Position numbers and translations under genes: made by a program
DNA from: Octopus vulgaris
Taxonomy: Eukaryota
Assembly: GCA_951406725.2 (NCBI GenBank)
Contig: OX597814.1
Location: forward strand, 212,226,001 to 212,290,000
Direction of reading: 5' to 3'
Length of the DNA: 64,000 nucleotides
The notes under the pieces: model-generated
The model's database searches: none
What the model was told of the DNA's origin: nothing
Seen by the model: only the letters and a program-made list of their open reading frames with translations
In this document: piece after piece, positions 26,405 through 39,875 of the stretch
Layout: every line of letters starts with the position of its first letter
Position numbering within the stretch: the stretch's first letter is position 1

Positions 26405-27151
26405 TATGTGGTTTGATCAATGAGTATCCCGATTGTTGCCATAGTAAAGAAGCTAAAACACGCAGAGTAAAGTTACTTGGCGTAGATTGACATTCAACGT
26501 TACGCAGCATGTGAACTATGTTTTAACGTTCTACCTTGCTTCCGATGTTTACATCAAAGACTGGAAGGAATGTATGCAGCGTGTGATCGTTGCATTAACC
26601 ATAGCAGAAAAAGCTGAGCAGAGATTCTACATCAAATTTTGTCGAAAGCGGCATCTGCTCAGAGGCATATGCAAACTTTTCAAAACTGTTTTCACCGTTG
26701 TCGACACAATCAAGGAGATCTTGAACATCTGAAACCCGAGTGTCTTTTTGGTGTCCTGAAAGCAACTTTGGCACAAGCTTGATAGACACGCGTCCCTATC
26801 CAAATATTCAGTGATAATGGACTGAACTGAACCGTAACTAATCGGCAAATTCTCTGATAACTCACGCATGATTATTCGACGTTTTTCCTTCACAGCCGCA
26901 CGCAGATCTGCGATGATTTTCTCATTTCTGTTGGCTGTAGGTCTCCTAGAACGTTGGTCATTATTGACGTTTTTTCGACCATCTTGGAAACGTCTGAACT
27001 ACTCGTACGTTTCTGTGCGGAAGTGAGCTTCAACGTTAAAACTCAGTGCGCATTTGCAACAGAGTTCAAGGTTACTTTTTGCGCAGCTGTGTTACTCTGC
27101 GGGCTTTAGCTTCGTTACTATAGAAACACTCGTATACTTATTGATCAGATC
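26405..27151. mobile_element. non-autonomous mariner derivative with an internal inversion
   Basis: TIRs tgatcaatgagtat..atagtaaagaagctaaa..cgcagagtaa / ttactctgcg..tttagcttcgttactat..atactt.attgatca; EQRFYIKFC on the plus strand, FRRFQDGR..VPKLLS on the minus strand. Confidence 0.88.
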
Positions 27152-27957
27152 TTTTTTTATACTCTTTATTTTAGCTTACTTCTTGAAAACACACACAATG
27201 TCGCTAGGCTAACTCCGTTTCGGTTAAAGTTAAAAAAATATTACGCATTTAACATCTGAATTGACGCCTGTGCTATATGTTACACATATTCTCATACGAA
27301 CACGCATGTGAATACACACACAGAAATACACATAGCACACGCACAACAGCGCAACGGATACACGCACTCTTTCTATTATCTGAAACGTAAAACAAATTTC
27401 TGTTCAATATAACAAATTCAATTATTCTGTCTCATACTAATAACTGCTCCGTTGTTAGAGAGCAAAAATCAACGCAATTTCATTCATTTGCCTTTTAATT
27501 TTAGATTAATAAAATCTAACAGACAAGAGAAAAGCAGATGATATTTATAAGATTTCCCCCATTTAATCACTCATTACTTTCTGTGGATAGTTGCTACTTA
27601 AGTAACACATTTCAGTTTTTCCAGAATTAATATCTAGAAGAGGTTAGCATGGTGAACTTAACGTTGCCTTTTTCATATTTATGATTTTGCGGGCACAGCA
27701 AGTATTGGGATTGAAAGTGACCCCAGAACTTGACTAGCACTTATTTTATGAACTCCGAAATGCTGATAGTCAAAATCGTCATCGACAGTATCAGAAATCT
27801 GTTTACATACAAATACATACAAGATTACATATATATACATATACATGCATATATGTGCATTTATACATGCGTGTGTATATCTGTGTGCATCTATGTCTAC
27901 ATTGAATTTTCATAGTATCTTGTTTATACACTGTCTTTTTCTTTTTACTTTTTGATA

Positions 27958-28262
27958 TGGCGAGCTGACAGAAGCGTCAGCAAGTCGGGGAAAATGCTTA
28001 GCGGTATTCATCCGTCTTTACGTTCTCATTTCAAATTTCGCCGAGGTAACTTTACCTTTCATTCTTTGGGTGACAATAAAATAAGTACCTATTTCTTTAT
28101 TACCCACAAGGGGCCAAACACAGAGGGGACAAACAAGGACAGACAACGGATTAAGTCGATTATATCGACCCCAGGGCGTAACTGGTACTTAATCGACCCC
28201 GGAGGGATGAAAGGCACATTTGAGCACTGTAATCGACTTGACCCTTCCCCGAAATTTCTGGC
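27958..28262. mobile_element. family A SINE (+) interrupted by the 3' half of a family A SINE (-)
   Basis: Plus head 27958-28089; minus tail piece 28090-28216 (tttctttattacccacaagggg..gatgaaaggca); plus copy resumes at gagcactgtaatcgact. Confidence 0.8.
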
Positions 28263-28849
28263 CTCATTACATACATTCATATTAATAAGCTTAGAAATGC
28301 AAATAAACATTGTTATCCACATCCACTTTATTAAATTTATGTTAAAGAGTTGTAAAATCTTAAATAAAAGATCGACAAAAGACTACACAGAATTGTAGTT
28401 ACATAAAACCTCAGATATATATTTCAGGCGTGTATTCCTTGTCTAAAGTATAGATACACAAGAAAATCATTAAGTCTAACTAATTCAGTTTTTGAAAGAA
28501 CCCATTTTAGCTCTTCAGATATATTAATAACTCCCTGTATTTAAGACTTAGAAGTGTGTGTGTATATTTACTGTTTGGTTTGTTTCATTATATCCTGAGC
28601 AGTAGACTGTATATTATACGAAAATAGCTGAAAATATCAAAACATTTTTGGCAAAAGCTCTATAAGTTGAACCAAGCGTGGAATTTTATGAGAATTATGT
28701 GACTGAATATAGCTGATTTTAACTAAACCAGCACGTATGATGTGATTAATGTTTGCATGTAATATAACACAGCTTCGTGACAAAAGCTGTATACATAAGT
28801 TTGGATCGAATGGAATAAGCATTTCTTTTCTTTGTTCAGTTTGACTTAC

Positions 28850-28929
28850 GACTTTCAAAAGTGGAGAAGAGGACACAGTTACCAGTTTTACATTTGATCC
28901 TTTATTTGCTGTAATCGTTATATCAACTG
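28850..28929 (-). CDS. weak candidate internal exon of an unknown host gene
   Basis: Minus strand tttttatatatttcag|..VDITITANKGSNVKLVTVSSSPLLKV|gtaagt; one open frame; no homology recognised. Confidence 0.2.
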
Positions 28930-29373
28930 CTGAAATATATAAAAATCCAAGAGACTTGGATTCAAAGAATTGCATTAGATTCATATCAAATTTTTATTTC
29001 CTATCATTGTAGGTGTTATCTGTCAAATTTTCTTATTATATATTTATTCTAAAACCGAACCTGGGGTTTCAATTTCCTTGCATCTAGGAAAAATACATAA
29101 ATCTTCAAATATAATAATCAACAGAGAAAATTTAGCGTAGGTGTGGGTATATTGTTGATATGTAGTAAAAAGAGTGTTCACCGTAAGCGTTATTAAAAAA
29201 TCCCTTTGTAATATATGACATCAGTTTTCAGCAAAATTCAGCATACATCTCTAGCATCTTAAAATTGGTAATTGACATCATGATTCATAACATTTTATTA
29301 AACAGTACTATGAACTGAGGCATTACATATCAATGCCCACCAAAAGGACAAATACGCCGACTCCAAATCAAAC

Positions 29374-29443
<70 letters not shown>

Positions 29444-29504
29444 ATGTAAGTATATATATATATATATATATATATATGTCTTGCAGTTTGCATCTCGAGG
29501 ACCG

Positions 29505-29580
29505 AATGTACTGATGAAGTCACGGACACTTGAATTATGCAAGTAATTCTTTTGTTAAGACCGAAACCGAGGTATACATT
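29505..29580 (+). ncRNA. type I hammerhead ribozyme in a (TA)n-embedded insert of about 350 bp
   Basis: Stem I AATGTA/TACATT, CTGATGA at 29511, stem II GTC..GAC, GAAAC-CGAG-GTA; predicted cleavage after 29574. Confidence 0.8.
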
Positions 29581-29930
29581 TAAGTCTGTTTTTTATTTAA
29601 TTTTTCATATGTCCTGCCCGCCAAAGTTGGTTCTGGTGTTCGCTGAATTCTTCCTCTAGAGAATTTCCCTTGTAGTTTGATCGTTGATGATCTTCTTCTA
29701 GCATTCTGGCCGGCTACCTAGCAGGCCAGCCCTGCCAATATACACATATATTTGAATTTTCTCTGACTCCTCAGATTTTTTGAATGCTGGACTACTGGTT
29801 TTAAATTGATATTAAAATTAATATTAATTTATCTCCCTCAATATTTAAATATATATATATACATATATATATATATACCTATATATACATATATACACAT
29901 ATATATACATATATATATACATATATACAA

Positions 29931-30319
29931 ACGAAAACAAACATGGAGTGTTATTAGACCTGAACGAGAAGAAAAGAGTGAACGCTGGGAGAAATATTTT
30001 ATTTGAAAAGCTTTATCTCTCCCACTCTTTTTATTTTTCTCTCTCTCGTTGCTCACACGTTACCATCGTCCATTTTCTTTTCCTGCACGACGTTCTAAAG
30101 ATTGGACGTCTTCTCTCTCTCTCTCTCTCTCTATCTGTTTCTCTCTCTCTCTATCTGTCTGTCTCTCTCTCTCTATCTGTCTCTCTCTCTCTCTCTATCT
30201 GTCTCTCTCTCCCTCTCTCTCTCTCTTCTATCTCTTCTCTTTTCAAAGAAAATATTTCTCCCGGCGTTCACTATTTACCTCTCGTTCAGGTCTAACGACC
30301 CACCATGTTTGTTTTTGTT
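29931..30319. repeat. 80-bp inverted repeat around a (CT)n tract, adjoining (TA)n
   Basis: aaaacaaacatgg..ttagacctgaacgag..gtgaacgctgggagaaatattt versus aaatatttctcccggcgttcac..ctcgttcaggtctaa..ccatgtttgtttt. Confidence 0.85.
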
Positions 30320-30399
30320 CGGTTTCTTGTAAGTCTCCACTGACCTGTTCTTTTCCCGAAAATTATATTCACGTGCCATACTTGTCGGTTGTGATTTTG

Positions 30400-32612
30400 G
30401 TAGATGTCTAGCACAACTGGCAACAGAACGCAAGAATCCCCAGATCTGTGAGCCTAGGTGTAGTTACGCTTCTGAGAAAGGATCCGAACAAGGGGGACAT
30501 TGTTGATAACTTTAGGTCTGTAACTCTGCTAAAGTTTTGGCCAAGTTATTAGCAAAGAGGTTGGCACTTGTGGTAGTCAGATTAGTGGGTGATGCGCAGA
30601 CTTGCGCTATCCCCAAGAGATCTATCCACGACAACCTCCACCTCACGTGATACATCATAGCGAGGGTTGGTGAAGAACCCAGCATGGGTGGGGCCCTGAT
30701 AAATTTAGATCATTCGAAAGCCTGACCTGAAGCCGAGGCTGTCCTTATGGCGGCTGGTATTGGTCCTGTTTTTAGAGGGTGGATACCTACAATGTACAGC
30801 GGCATCTGTTTGGTGTTCAAAGGAAATGGCCACCTTACCGAACCGTTCAGAATCACCCGTTCGGTCCTTCAATAATGTCACTCTCACCCAATCGTTTAAT
30901 GGAACTCAAGCCATTTCTGCAGAAGGTTGATGTTTCGAGGGGCATCCTGCGTAAGCTAGGATGCGAAAGAGGTGTGTCAGCGTATGCAGGCGATGTCACC
31001 ATGATAGTGCCAGATGCCTCTGAAATAGAGATGGTCGGCACTACCCTAAGGGAATGCGAAACGGTGACAGGAACAATGAATAAACAGGAGAAATCAGTGG
31101 GCCTACAGCTGCGCACCTAGAGAGGCAGGTCCATGCCGACCGAGAACTTTGTATGGCGGTGGACAGAAGGACCGATTAAGTTTCACGGGGTTTGGATGGT
31201 CCTGACTTCCACGTGGAGAAGAACTCGGGAGAAGTGACAAACAGGTTGGCCAGTTTCACTTAGAAGTGGGCCGAGAGAAAGCTGCCCCTGAAAGGTCGGG
31301 CGGAGGTGGTGAATGTGTACATCGCATCCGTCATATAATATCGCCTGGCTGTCCTCCCTTCCCTTACTTCGTAGCTAAGCAGCTTGGTGCGCTTGCACTT
31401 CTGCTTCTTGTGGAAGGGAAGGATACCGCTTGTCAGGCGGTCCATTTCCTGTCAGCAGCCGTTGTTTGGAGGACTGGGTATGCCGTGGCTGATGATGCGC
31501 TGAAGTGCGCTGAGGATTCCTTGGCGGTGAGAGGGTTTGGTCGCCGTTTGTTAGACACGCTTCTCCGCAGCTCGTCTCTGACGGAACTAATGTCCTTGAT
31601 CAGGCTTGGACCAAGACAGGTCGCTTGGCACCTAGTGTTTCTCTAAGCAGTCACAGCCCTTGGCCAGTCGGGCAATGCTGTCGGTAGAAGTTCCACCTTG
31701 GAGATCTATAGGGGATTAGTAGAGGGTGAGAGTGACGACGATCTCGGAGAGACTCTGAGCTTTGAGAGGAATAAAGTGACTGGTCTCTTCCGCATCCTAT
31801 GGAAAATTTCCAGAAATTTCTGGCCTGACAGTGCTACTGGGACGGCGCTGCCGGTTCGTGAGAAGCTCTACAGATGCGGACGTGTAGTCAGACAGACTTG
31901 CCCGAGGTTCATGCGAAGCAAGGAAACTATTCTTCGTGCACTAGTCCAGTGTTTTCTCATTGCTGACTTGTGGAGCTTTGTCGAACAGTTATTGTTACGT
32001 GTAGGACGAGGCAATCGCGAAGATTGCCCTGCCTCCTTCTTTGGCCGGGAAGGAAAGACATTTTCTCTCTCTGGTGGCTATGGCGAAAGTGTTTGTATGG
32101 TGGACGTGATTGAAGACGGGGACCTTCCTCTTCAGCCAAGGCGTCATTCACTGTTTCAAGTTGTACCTGAAAAGGAAGGTGCTGAAAAGGAAGGTCAGAC
32201 TGGATACGGAGATGCTATCACCCAACAGGTTTGTCGAGAGATGGGGTTACTATATCATGGATGGCCCGTGTGAAAGGGCCTACTTCATGTGTGCGTCTAT
32301 AAGCTGGATAGAGTGAGGAGAAAAGGGGATCCCACCTGAGGTAGCTTGGTGTTAGGTGAGGTTGCTTTAAACACATCTCGGTGTACACACACACACACAC
32401 ACACTCTCTCTCTCTCACTCTCTCTCATATACACACCAACTCCACACTCTTGGGGAATCTTATATTGTTGGGTAATTTTTCCTTGTTAATTGTTGTTTAC
32501 TGTATAACCTCGCTGTCCCTCGTTTGTTTATTGTCCATTATGTTTTGTTTTCGGTCGTGATGAGCAATAAAAAAGTATTATTATTATTATCATTATTATT
32601 ATTATTATTATT
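30400..32612 (+). mobile_element. 5'-truncated, decayed L1/Tx1-like LINE (RT plus zinc-binding C-terminus)
   Basis: GVVTLLRKDPNKGDIVDNFRSVTLL, KLLAKRL, QTCAIPKRSIHDNL, LINLD..KA, SAYAGDVT (YADD site), CPR..ETILRALVQC; AATAAA near 32566 then a (TTA)n tail. Confidence 0.9.
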
Positions 32613-32777
32613 ACTTTTTTTTTCTTCTTTCAAATTTGCTTCCATTTCTTGCCGAGTGTCTTCCCGACTCCTAGGGCAAAGAAACTCATAGTATACATTG
32701 GTAGGCCATTAAACCAAACTCAGTAGTTCGTTCATTTTTTTTTTTTTTAAAGTTAAATTAAAATACATGAGCAGCAA
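32613..32777 (-). mobile_element. short 3' end of a (TAA)n-associated retroelement
   Basis: Unique sequence of about 165 bp bounded on both sides by (TTA)n; minus strand ends ..CCCTAGGAGTCGGGAAGACACTCGGC..(TAA)n. Confidence 0.45.
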
Positions 32778-32861
<84 letters not shown>

Positions 32862-32907
32862 TATTATTATTATTATTATCATAATTATTATTATTATTAT
32901 TATTATT

Positions 32908-33392
32908 GAGTGAGAGAGCAGTGCACGCCATCAGAGTGACACTGGGGTAAAATATATGAAGCCCAGTATACCCATCATGACTACCCGTCTGATAACAGTA
33001 CACTAGGCACATGCATCACAACCATATATGCGCGACATGGTGATCTCATATCAAGATAAACAACACATGGCCTTGCAGGTGGGGCCCAGTTAGAATTTTC
33101 TTCGTGTAGTCATCCGCTCAAAAGGTACCTGAATAAGAGTTGAACGAAACACCCATATTTCCAAAGGTGAATTATCCAAACCTCCAAGAATTCCTTTCAA
33201 CACATGGCTATGATGCTCCCCCACTACTTCTGCTTGTGATCATAGATTCTCATATCGTCAGCCACTAAGGGACATGCTCAACTGGGTAAGGTCAAACAAC
33301 TAACAAGCAAATCTGTGGTATTGAGCAGAATATTTGCTGAGGCCCATCTTTTATACGAAGTCAAAACAATGTACTTGATGACACTCGATAAC
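32908..33392. mobile_element. unclassified insert of about 480 bp between (TTA)n tracts
   Basis: Sharp boundaries against (TTA)n at both ends; no ORF. Confidence 0.5.
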
Positions 33393-33428
33393 TTTATTAT
33401 TATAACTATTATTATTATTATTATTATT

Positions 33429-34140
33429 CAGTAGTTTTATTTTTATTTTTATAGCGTGCTTTCACTTTACTACCGAGCGCAGCTCTGTGTGCCTTGGGTA
33501 TGTGCTGTGATTTGTTGTGATGCTCTGATGGTTATTGTATGGAAAGTGTTCTGCGTAGGATGTGTGCAGTGCCTAGTAGTGCAATTTTCTGTATGTTATA
33601 TGTGTTTGTAAGTCCTGGTGTTTTTGTTATGTATTTGTCTGAATATTTTTTTATCATGCCTAATGCACCTACTATGATAGGAATTGTTTCTGTTTTCAGG
33701 TTCCACATTCTAGTTACCTCTATTTCCAGGTCTTTGTATTTTGAGAGTTTCTCCATTTCTTTTAGAGACACGTTGTCATCTGCCGGTATTGATACATCAA
33801 TTAGAAAGCATTTTTTTCTTCATGATCTCTGACAACTATATCTGGTCTGTTGGCCTTAATTTCTCTATCTGTGTGTATCGGCATATCCCAGAGTATGGTT
33901 GCTTTCTCGTTTTCTTTGACATTTTCTGGTGTGTGCCTATACCATCTTTTTTCTGTTGTTATTCCATAATGTTGGCATAGCTTCCAATGTATGTAGGTTC
34001 CAACTCTGTCATGTCTGTGAATATATTCCTTCTTAGCCAGGACTGGGCAGCTAGAGATAATATGATTTATTGTTTCTTGTCCATCTCCACATATTCTGCA
34101 GTTACTTGTAATATTTCTTTTCATTACATGTTTTCATTCT
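33429..34140 (-). mobile_element. R4/Dong-like LINE 3' end (CCHC plus RLE endonuclease) inserted in (TAA)n
   Basis: CRICGDGQETINHIISSC..RHD..ILWD..NRPDIVV../FLIDVSIP..EKLSKYKDL..PIIVGALG..LLGTAHILRRTLS*; one frameshift near 33810; (TAA)n on both sides. Confidence 0.93.
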
Positions 34141-34145
34141 TTTCT

Positions 34146-34178
34146 TTATTATTATTATTGTTATTATTATTATTATTA

Positions 34179-34238
<60 letters not shown>

Positions 34239-34245
34239 GTATTAC

Positions 34246-34312
<67 letters not shown>

Positions 34313-34367
34313 GTTATTATCATTATTGTTCTTGTTGCTGTTATTATTACTATTATCATCATCATCA

Positions 34368-34455
<88 letters not shown>

Positions 34456-34477
34456 CATTATTATCATCATCATCATT
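34146..34477. repeat. (TTA)n/(TCA)n microsatellite
   Basis: Direct reading of the sequence. Confidence 0.97.
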
Positions 34478-35626
34478 TAGTGGTTTATTTCTGTTTTGCA
34501 GACCAGATTTCAGATTGTCTGCCGTGGATTAGATTAGAAGATTATATCTCAATACCATTTAAGTACATTGCGTGTTACTTTCATTATAAATATTGATATA
34601 AGATATATTAGATACCGAATGTACAACTGCAGATGATCTCGCTTATGTCAAGTTTGAATACTTTCCAGTATCGGGGGTTTAGTTGCAAATGATGCATAAA
34701 TTGGTCTGTTGGTTAAATATTTAAAGAAATATTTAGTTATACCTCGTGGGGTTAAGGAACCAATCATTGAATACCCTTCTATCAAGTTAATAAAATAATG
34801 ATCATGGTTGAATATATTTTTGTTGGGAAACAGCTCAGAGATTTGTTTTCGTCCGTTTGTAATGACATTTATGCATAACGCGGTTACGAAATTCTTACTT
34901 GTGTGCCTGATATTTTTATTTGACATAGTATAGAGTAAATGTCTACTCGTCTATAACTAAATTATGAACACACCTACCAGGGAACAAGCCTTCAGATACA
35001 CACACACACTCTCACACACACGTGCGCGCACGCACCTCTCATACTATAGATAAAAGTTACATAGACCTGTCAAAAAGATTTAAACCAACAACCAATAAAC
35101 CTGATATTTAAGAATTTAACGTATGTTTTTATGGATGGATGGATGGATGGACTGACGCACGGGCGGACGGACGGACGGACGGACGGATGAATGTATGGAT
35201 GCATACACGGAAGGAGAGAGGAATGGATGGATATGTAGATCTATTTACCTTCCCTTAATTATCACTGAACACATTATTATAAATATTTTGTCTCTGTCAC
35301 CGTTCAAAATATCCTGTATGCGAAATTAAACGAAAAAATCTATAACGAATCTGAACATCAATATTATATGTATATTCGTGAAATGGTGCCATGTATAACA
35401 ATCATATTCATAAATAATTGCAACTTATGAAAACAAATCAAGCACGAGCTATATAAAAAGTTAGAACTCGTGAAAAACGAGACAAACTTGTCAATGGATA
35501 TTTTGGTACCATCTCCATAAAATGTCAATTTTTTAGTCATGAAATACAATCACAAATGACACAAATCTGATGTTAAGACATTGAGTGACTCATCATATTT
35601 GCAAAGCGATTTCTGCAGGACTTGAA

Positions 35627-35665
<39 letters not shown>

Positions 35666-35672
35666 GTGTGTG

Positions 35673-35766
<94 letters not shown>

Positions 35767-35788
35767 TATATATAATAATAAATTAGAG

Positions 35789-35857
<69 letters not shown>

Positions 35858-36479
35858 ATGTATGTATATATATATATATTGTAGAGTTATGTTTCCAATT
35901 GATTTTCACTATATTTCGGTGATTTCATTTCAAAAGCCAACTGATCTCATTTACTCATTTAGTCTCTCACGTTTCATATTAGATCATGCTTATTGACATA
36001 ATCAACCCACATTCTGGCGCAATGATATAATATCCAACGCTTGGCAAAGTATCTCAAGAATTTCACCTAGATACACAGACGAGAAGAAAACTAATAAAAA
36101 AGTGTTAATGTCCCCGAAGATTCCTTATGAACTATAAAATTATTTCATTGTATTGAAATTTTTGCTCAGAAATTAAGAAATATGGAGAAAATCAGCTAAA
36201 TGATGGAGAAAAATATAGTAAATTGTTACCTGAAAAAACACAACAGAGTTTATATGTAATAATATGGACACCATATAAAAATTCATAACATAAAAGCAAG
36301 AAAAATTATCAGATCTCCATCTAAACATACACCAGAATTGTATATCCAGACTTTTCTAAATCACTAAATTTGTAAATCTCGAAAGATTTTACAAATAAAT
36401 CTAGCACTTCTTTCGACACAATGATTATATTGCCATAAAATAACTTCCTTGAAAGCCTCACTAATCTCGAACTCTGCAC

Positions 36480-37500
36480 ACTTATCCGGAAACGCATCTC
36501 TTCCCTCGAGGGTTTGTCGAAGCACATTAATCAAGTTACCATGGCTAACATTTGGCGCCTAACTACGCTGACGTGTATACCAATAATTGCGAGGTTCCAA
36601 ATCCTTTGTGTAGGAATTGCTGTCTCTGTGCGATTATAAGGTTTTCTCAAATCGACCTCTTCAATGAAATCGTCAACTTCTTTCACTTTGCCCTACATTT
36701 CACATTTACCGTTTACATCCCTGCTGAAAATAGCTGGAATACTGTTTAAAATAATTACGTCACCTCTCCGCCTATAACTGTTACAAACCTATCGAATTCC
36801 AACTTTACTCCTAAGTAAATACTCTTCACTTCTAAGTCTATTATTCCTAAATCTATCATTCCTTATCAAAAATTTCACAGACACCGCAAATCCATACTGT
36901 GTGGAGTAGTAACAACATTTTGTCTATTAATTTTGCTTAAAAGCCACTAGTATTAAGTTTCCTACCGGCACACTTGCTGTGTTGATCTCATCTTCACCTT
37001 CTTACCCCGAATCTGTTTCACAGCAGACATCTGTTGATCTATGCATAATTTTCGCAATATTTTACTTGCTTTTAGTACACAATCCTACGATAATTCTGTC
37101 CTCTACAATTAAGCTCTGCTACTTCCCACATATTCTCTAATTCCCTCCCTTTCTTCCATCAATGTCCATAGATTTCTAATACGTAATACCTCTCATATCC
37201 CACTCGAACTGAGTTATTTGCTGTTCACGAATTTTCCGTAACATCAGTCCATCCAGAATATCGCCGCCCTACACAGTTATAGGTAATTCTTCTCTATGGT
37301 AAGCTGTTTGACCGACATAATCATAATTATTTTATGAAATATCAACCCTTCGGTTTGAAATAGCAAGGGAACCATCATCGAATATCGTAGCAACACATGC
37401 CTGGTGTCAAATACAATTTATCCAGCAAAATCGAAGATTCCTGAGAGCATTTTTACTGCATATTTGGACTACAGCCCAGGTCGAAGTATTGGGTATATGA
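36480..37500 (+). pseudogene. decayed Penelope-like RT/GIY-YIG remnant
   Basis: QVTM..LAPNYADVY (cf. GxAMGxxxAPxYA), YKPIEFQLY (cf. YxKPTD), KSIIPYQKFHRHRK (cf. SIPYSQFLRLRR). Confidence 0.65.
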
Positions 37501-37772
37501 AACCCTAAAAAAGCTGTCAAAAATGAAACTGAGAATTATTTTCAACAGAGAATATATTTCCATCGGGGAAGGTAACCGGAAAGTTTAATGAATACATATA
37601 CATGTTCGTATACGCATACGTATATAGCACAGAAAATATATACCTACATCCACACATACACACACACACACAGTATTTAATGCACACGTGATCAAAATAG
37701 TCGTTTATGTTAATATACGCGTCTTTATGCATGATGCCAATGAACACCGAAATTTCTAAAGGAATTGGATTT

Positions 37773-38157
37773 GGAAGCACTCCGTCGGTTAAGACGATGA
37801 GGGTTCCGGTTGATCCGAATCAACGGAACAGCCTACTCGTGAAATTAACGTGTAAGTGGCTGAGCATTCCACAGACACGTGTACCCTTAACATAGTTCTC
37901 GGGGATATTCAGCGTGACACAGAGCGTGACAAGGCCGGCCCTTTGAAATAGAGGTACAACAGAAACAGGAAGTAAGAGTGAGAGAAAGTTGTGGTGAAAG
38001 AGTACAGCAGGGATCACCACCATCCCCTGCCGGAGCCTCGTGGAGCTTTTAGGTGTTTTCGCTCAATAAACACTCAGAACGCCCGGTCTGGGAATCGAAA
38101 CCGCGATCGTATGACCGCGAGTCCGCTGCCCTAGCCACTGGGCCATTGCGCCTCCAC
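37773..38157 (-). mobile_element. tRNA-derived SINE, family C (head GTGGAGGCGCAATGGCCCAGTGG)
   Basis: A-box TGGCCCAGTGG, B-box GGTTTCGATTCCC; TSD ggaattggattt / ggaattagattt; near-identical copy at 54481-54863. Confidence 0.95.
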
Positions 38158-39875
38158 TGGAATTAGATTTAACAGCTATTGTAAAAAGGGGGAGCTACTC
38201 TATTTTCGGCTAAAAATGTTTCTATGACATTATGCTTATTCAAAGAAGAATATCCTACAGCCAATTTCGGCAACTGATTTGTCTCTTTCATGAGTCGTGA
38301 TGCACAAATATGCGTTATAGTCAACGGTTACCACTATTTATTTCACGAAAGGCTATGATTACAAACTGAACAACATACAAAAGTTGGTATTTCAATTGGT
38401 AATTTTTCAACAATATTACTGCCGGGTAAATTTTTCTTACTGACAGAATATAAACAAAGTTTCCATAGGGAATGTTGTTTTCACTAAGACCACAAGCAAT
38501 AAGCATTTCATTCTTTGCTTTCCTTTTCTATTAACTTATTTTTTTCGACATAAATTGAGAAATATTAATAATATTTCTCAATTTATGGCATACCAAAATA
38601 TTTCTTATATCTGACAAGAGTTTGAGTTACAGAGTCAAGGATTTATTTATATTTCTCAGAGTAAGGGTGCAATATTTACAATAGTTAGTTTCTTCGTCAT
38701 TTTTCTCTTGTTGAAGATAAATTTCAAATTCAGGATATCGCAGCCATTTTTCATTGCTTGACTATGCATACCAATGAGAGTTTTCATTTCATCATGTAAA
38801 TTATAGATAGCAAAAAACTACAATTCCCAAAAATTTATGATGATTGAAAATGCGGGATCATTCATATACGACGAGAATACACGACAAATATTAAAGGAGG
38901 ATGACTAGATTACAATGTACAATGGATCAAAAGTGATACATACAATCCACCTGAATACCTATTAGAAGTAGCCAGCGCTTAGTGACCGACAATGTTATGT
39001 ACAACTTAGGCTGATTAACATAGAGGATTCTAACACTTGTGAACGTGGAAGTTAGCTGACCATGAGCTACACATGCACAGAAAGGATAGCAAGAAACTTA
39101 CACTTGGTCGTTAGAAGTGGGAAAGACTTTTAAAGATTTGGTTTAAAATGCGTATAAGTATCTGGTAAATATGAATCTGACATATTAATATACTGATTAG
39201 ACGACTTTCAACTGTACAAAACCTGGGAGTCACTCGTTATACAATAGTCGATGGGGATAGAGGCAACTAAATATATGCACAAACATACACACGATTGAAT
39301 CTATGCTGTAAAAAAGGATGACCTTCGGAATTGTTATTTTGTTCAATAGTATTATTACAAAGTTGTATTTAAAAGAGAGATATTTTAAATACAACTATAA
39401 GCATAGACGTTTAGCAACCTGAATATCCTGCTTCCGAGAAATTCAACTTGTCTATACATTATTTTGCGGCAAGTTGGTAGAAACACATCTTTAAAAATGT
39501 AACCTAAAATTATAATAGAACATAGAGATTTGCTGTTGAACATGCTTCAATGTTAGTTGCTAAGATATGTATAGAAACTGGTATAATGAACAAAACAAGG
39601 ATGCCAGAAATTTTGCCGCATAGACCCAGTATTCCATCTCCTTCTCTCTCTCCCCCTCTCTCCCCCCTCTCACTTTTTCTTTCTCTCTCTCTTTCTCTCT
39701 CCCTCGGTCTCCCTCACTCCCTCTCTCTCTCTCTCTCCTTCTCTCTCTGCTTAAATCTAGTTTCTCTTTAATTCTCCTTTCTACTCTGTTTTTCTCGTTC
39801 ATTTTCACAATTCTTCAATTACCTCTGACGCATAATTTATCTTTTATTTCACTTAATCATCATTATTACTTTCTC

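Noticed and set aside
34648-34926. 92-aa minus-strand ORF in unique sequence
   Set aside because: No recognisable domain and weak splice or start context; a length expected by chance
38085-38157. tRNA-like sequences at SINE heads (also 6323, 23510, 40506, 54790)
   Set aside because: They have A and B boxes but no complete acceptor stem; they continue into SINE bodies, several with TSDs
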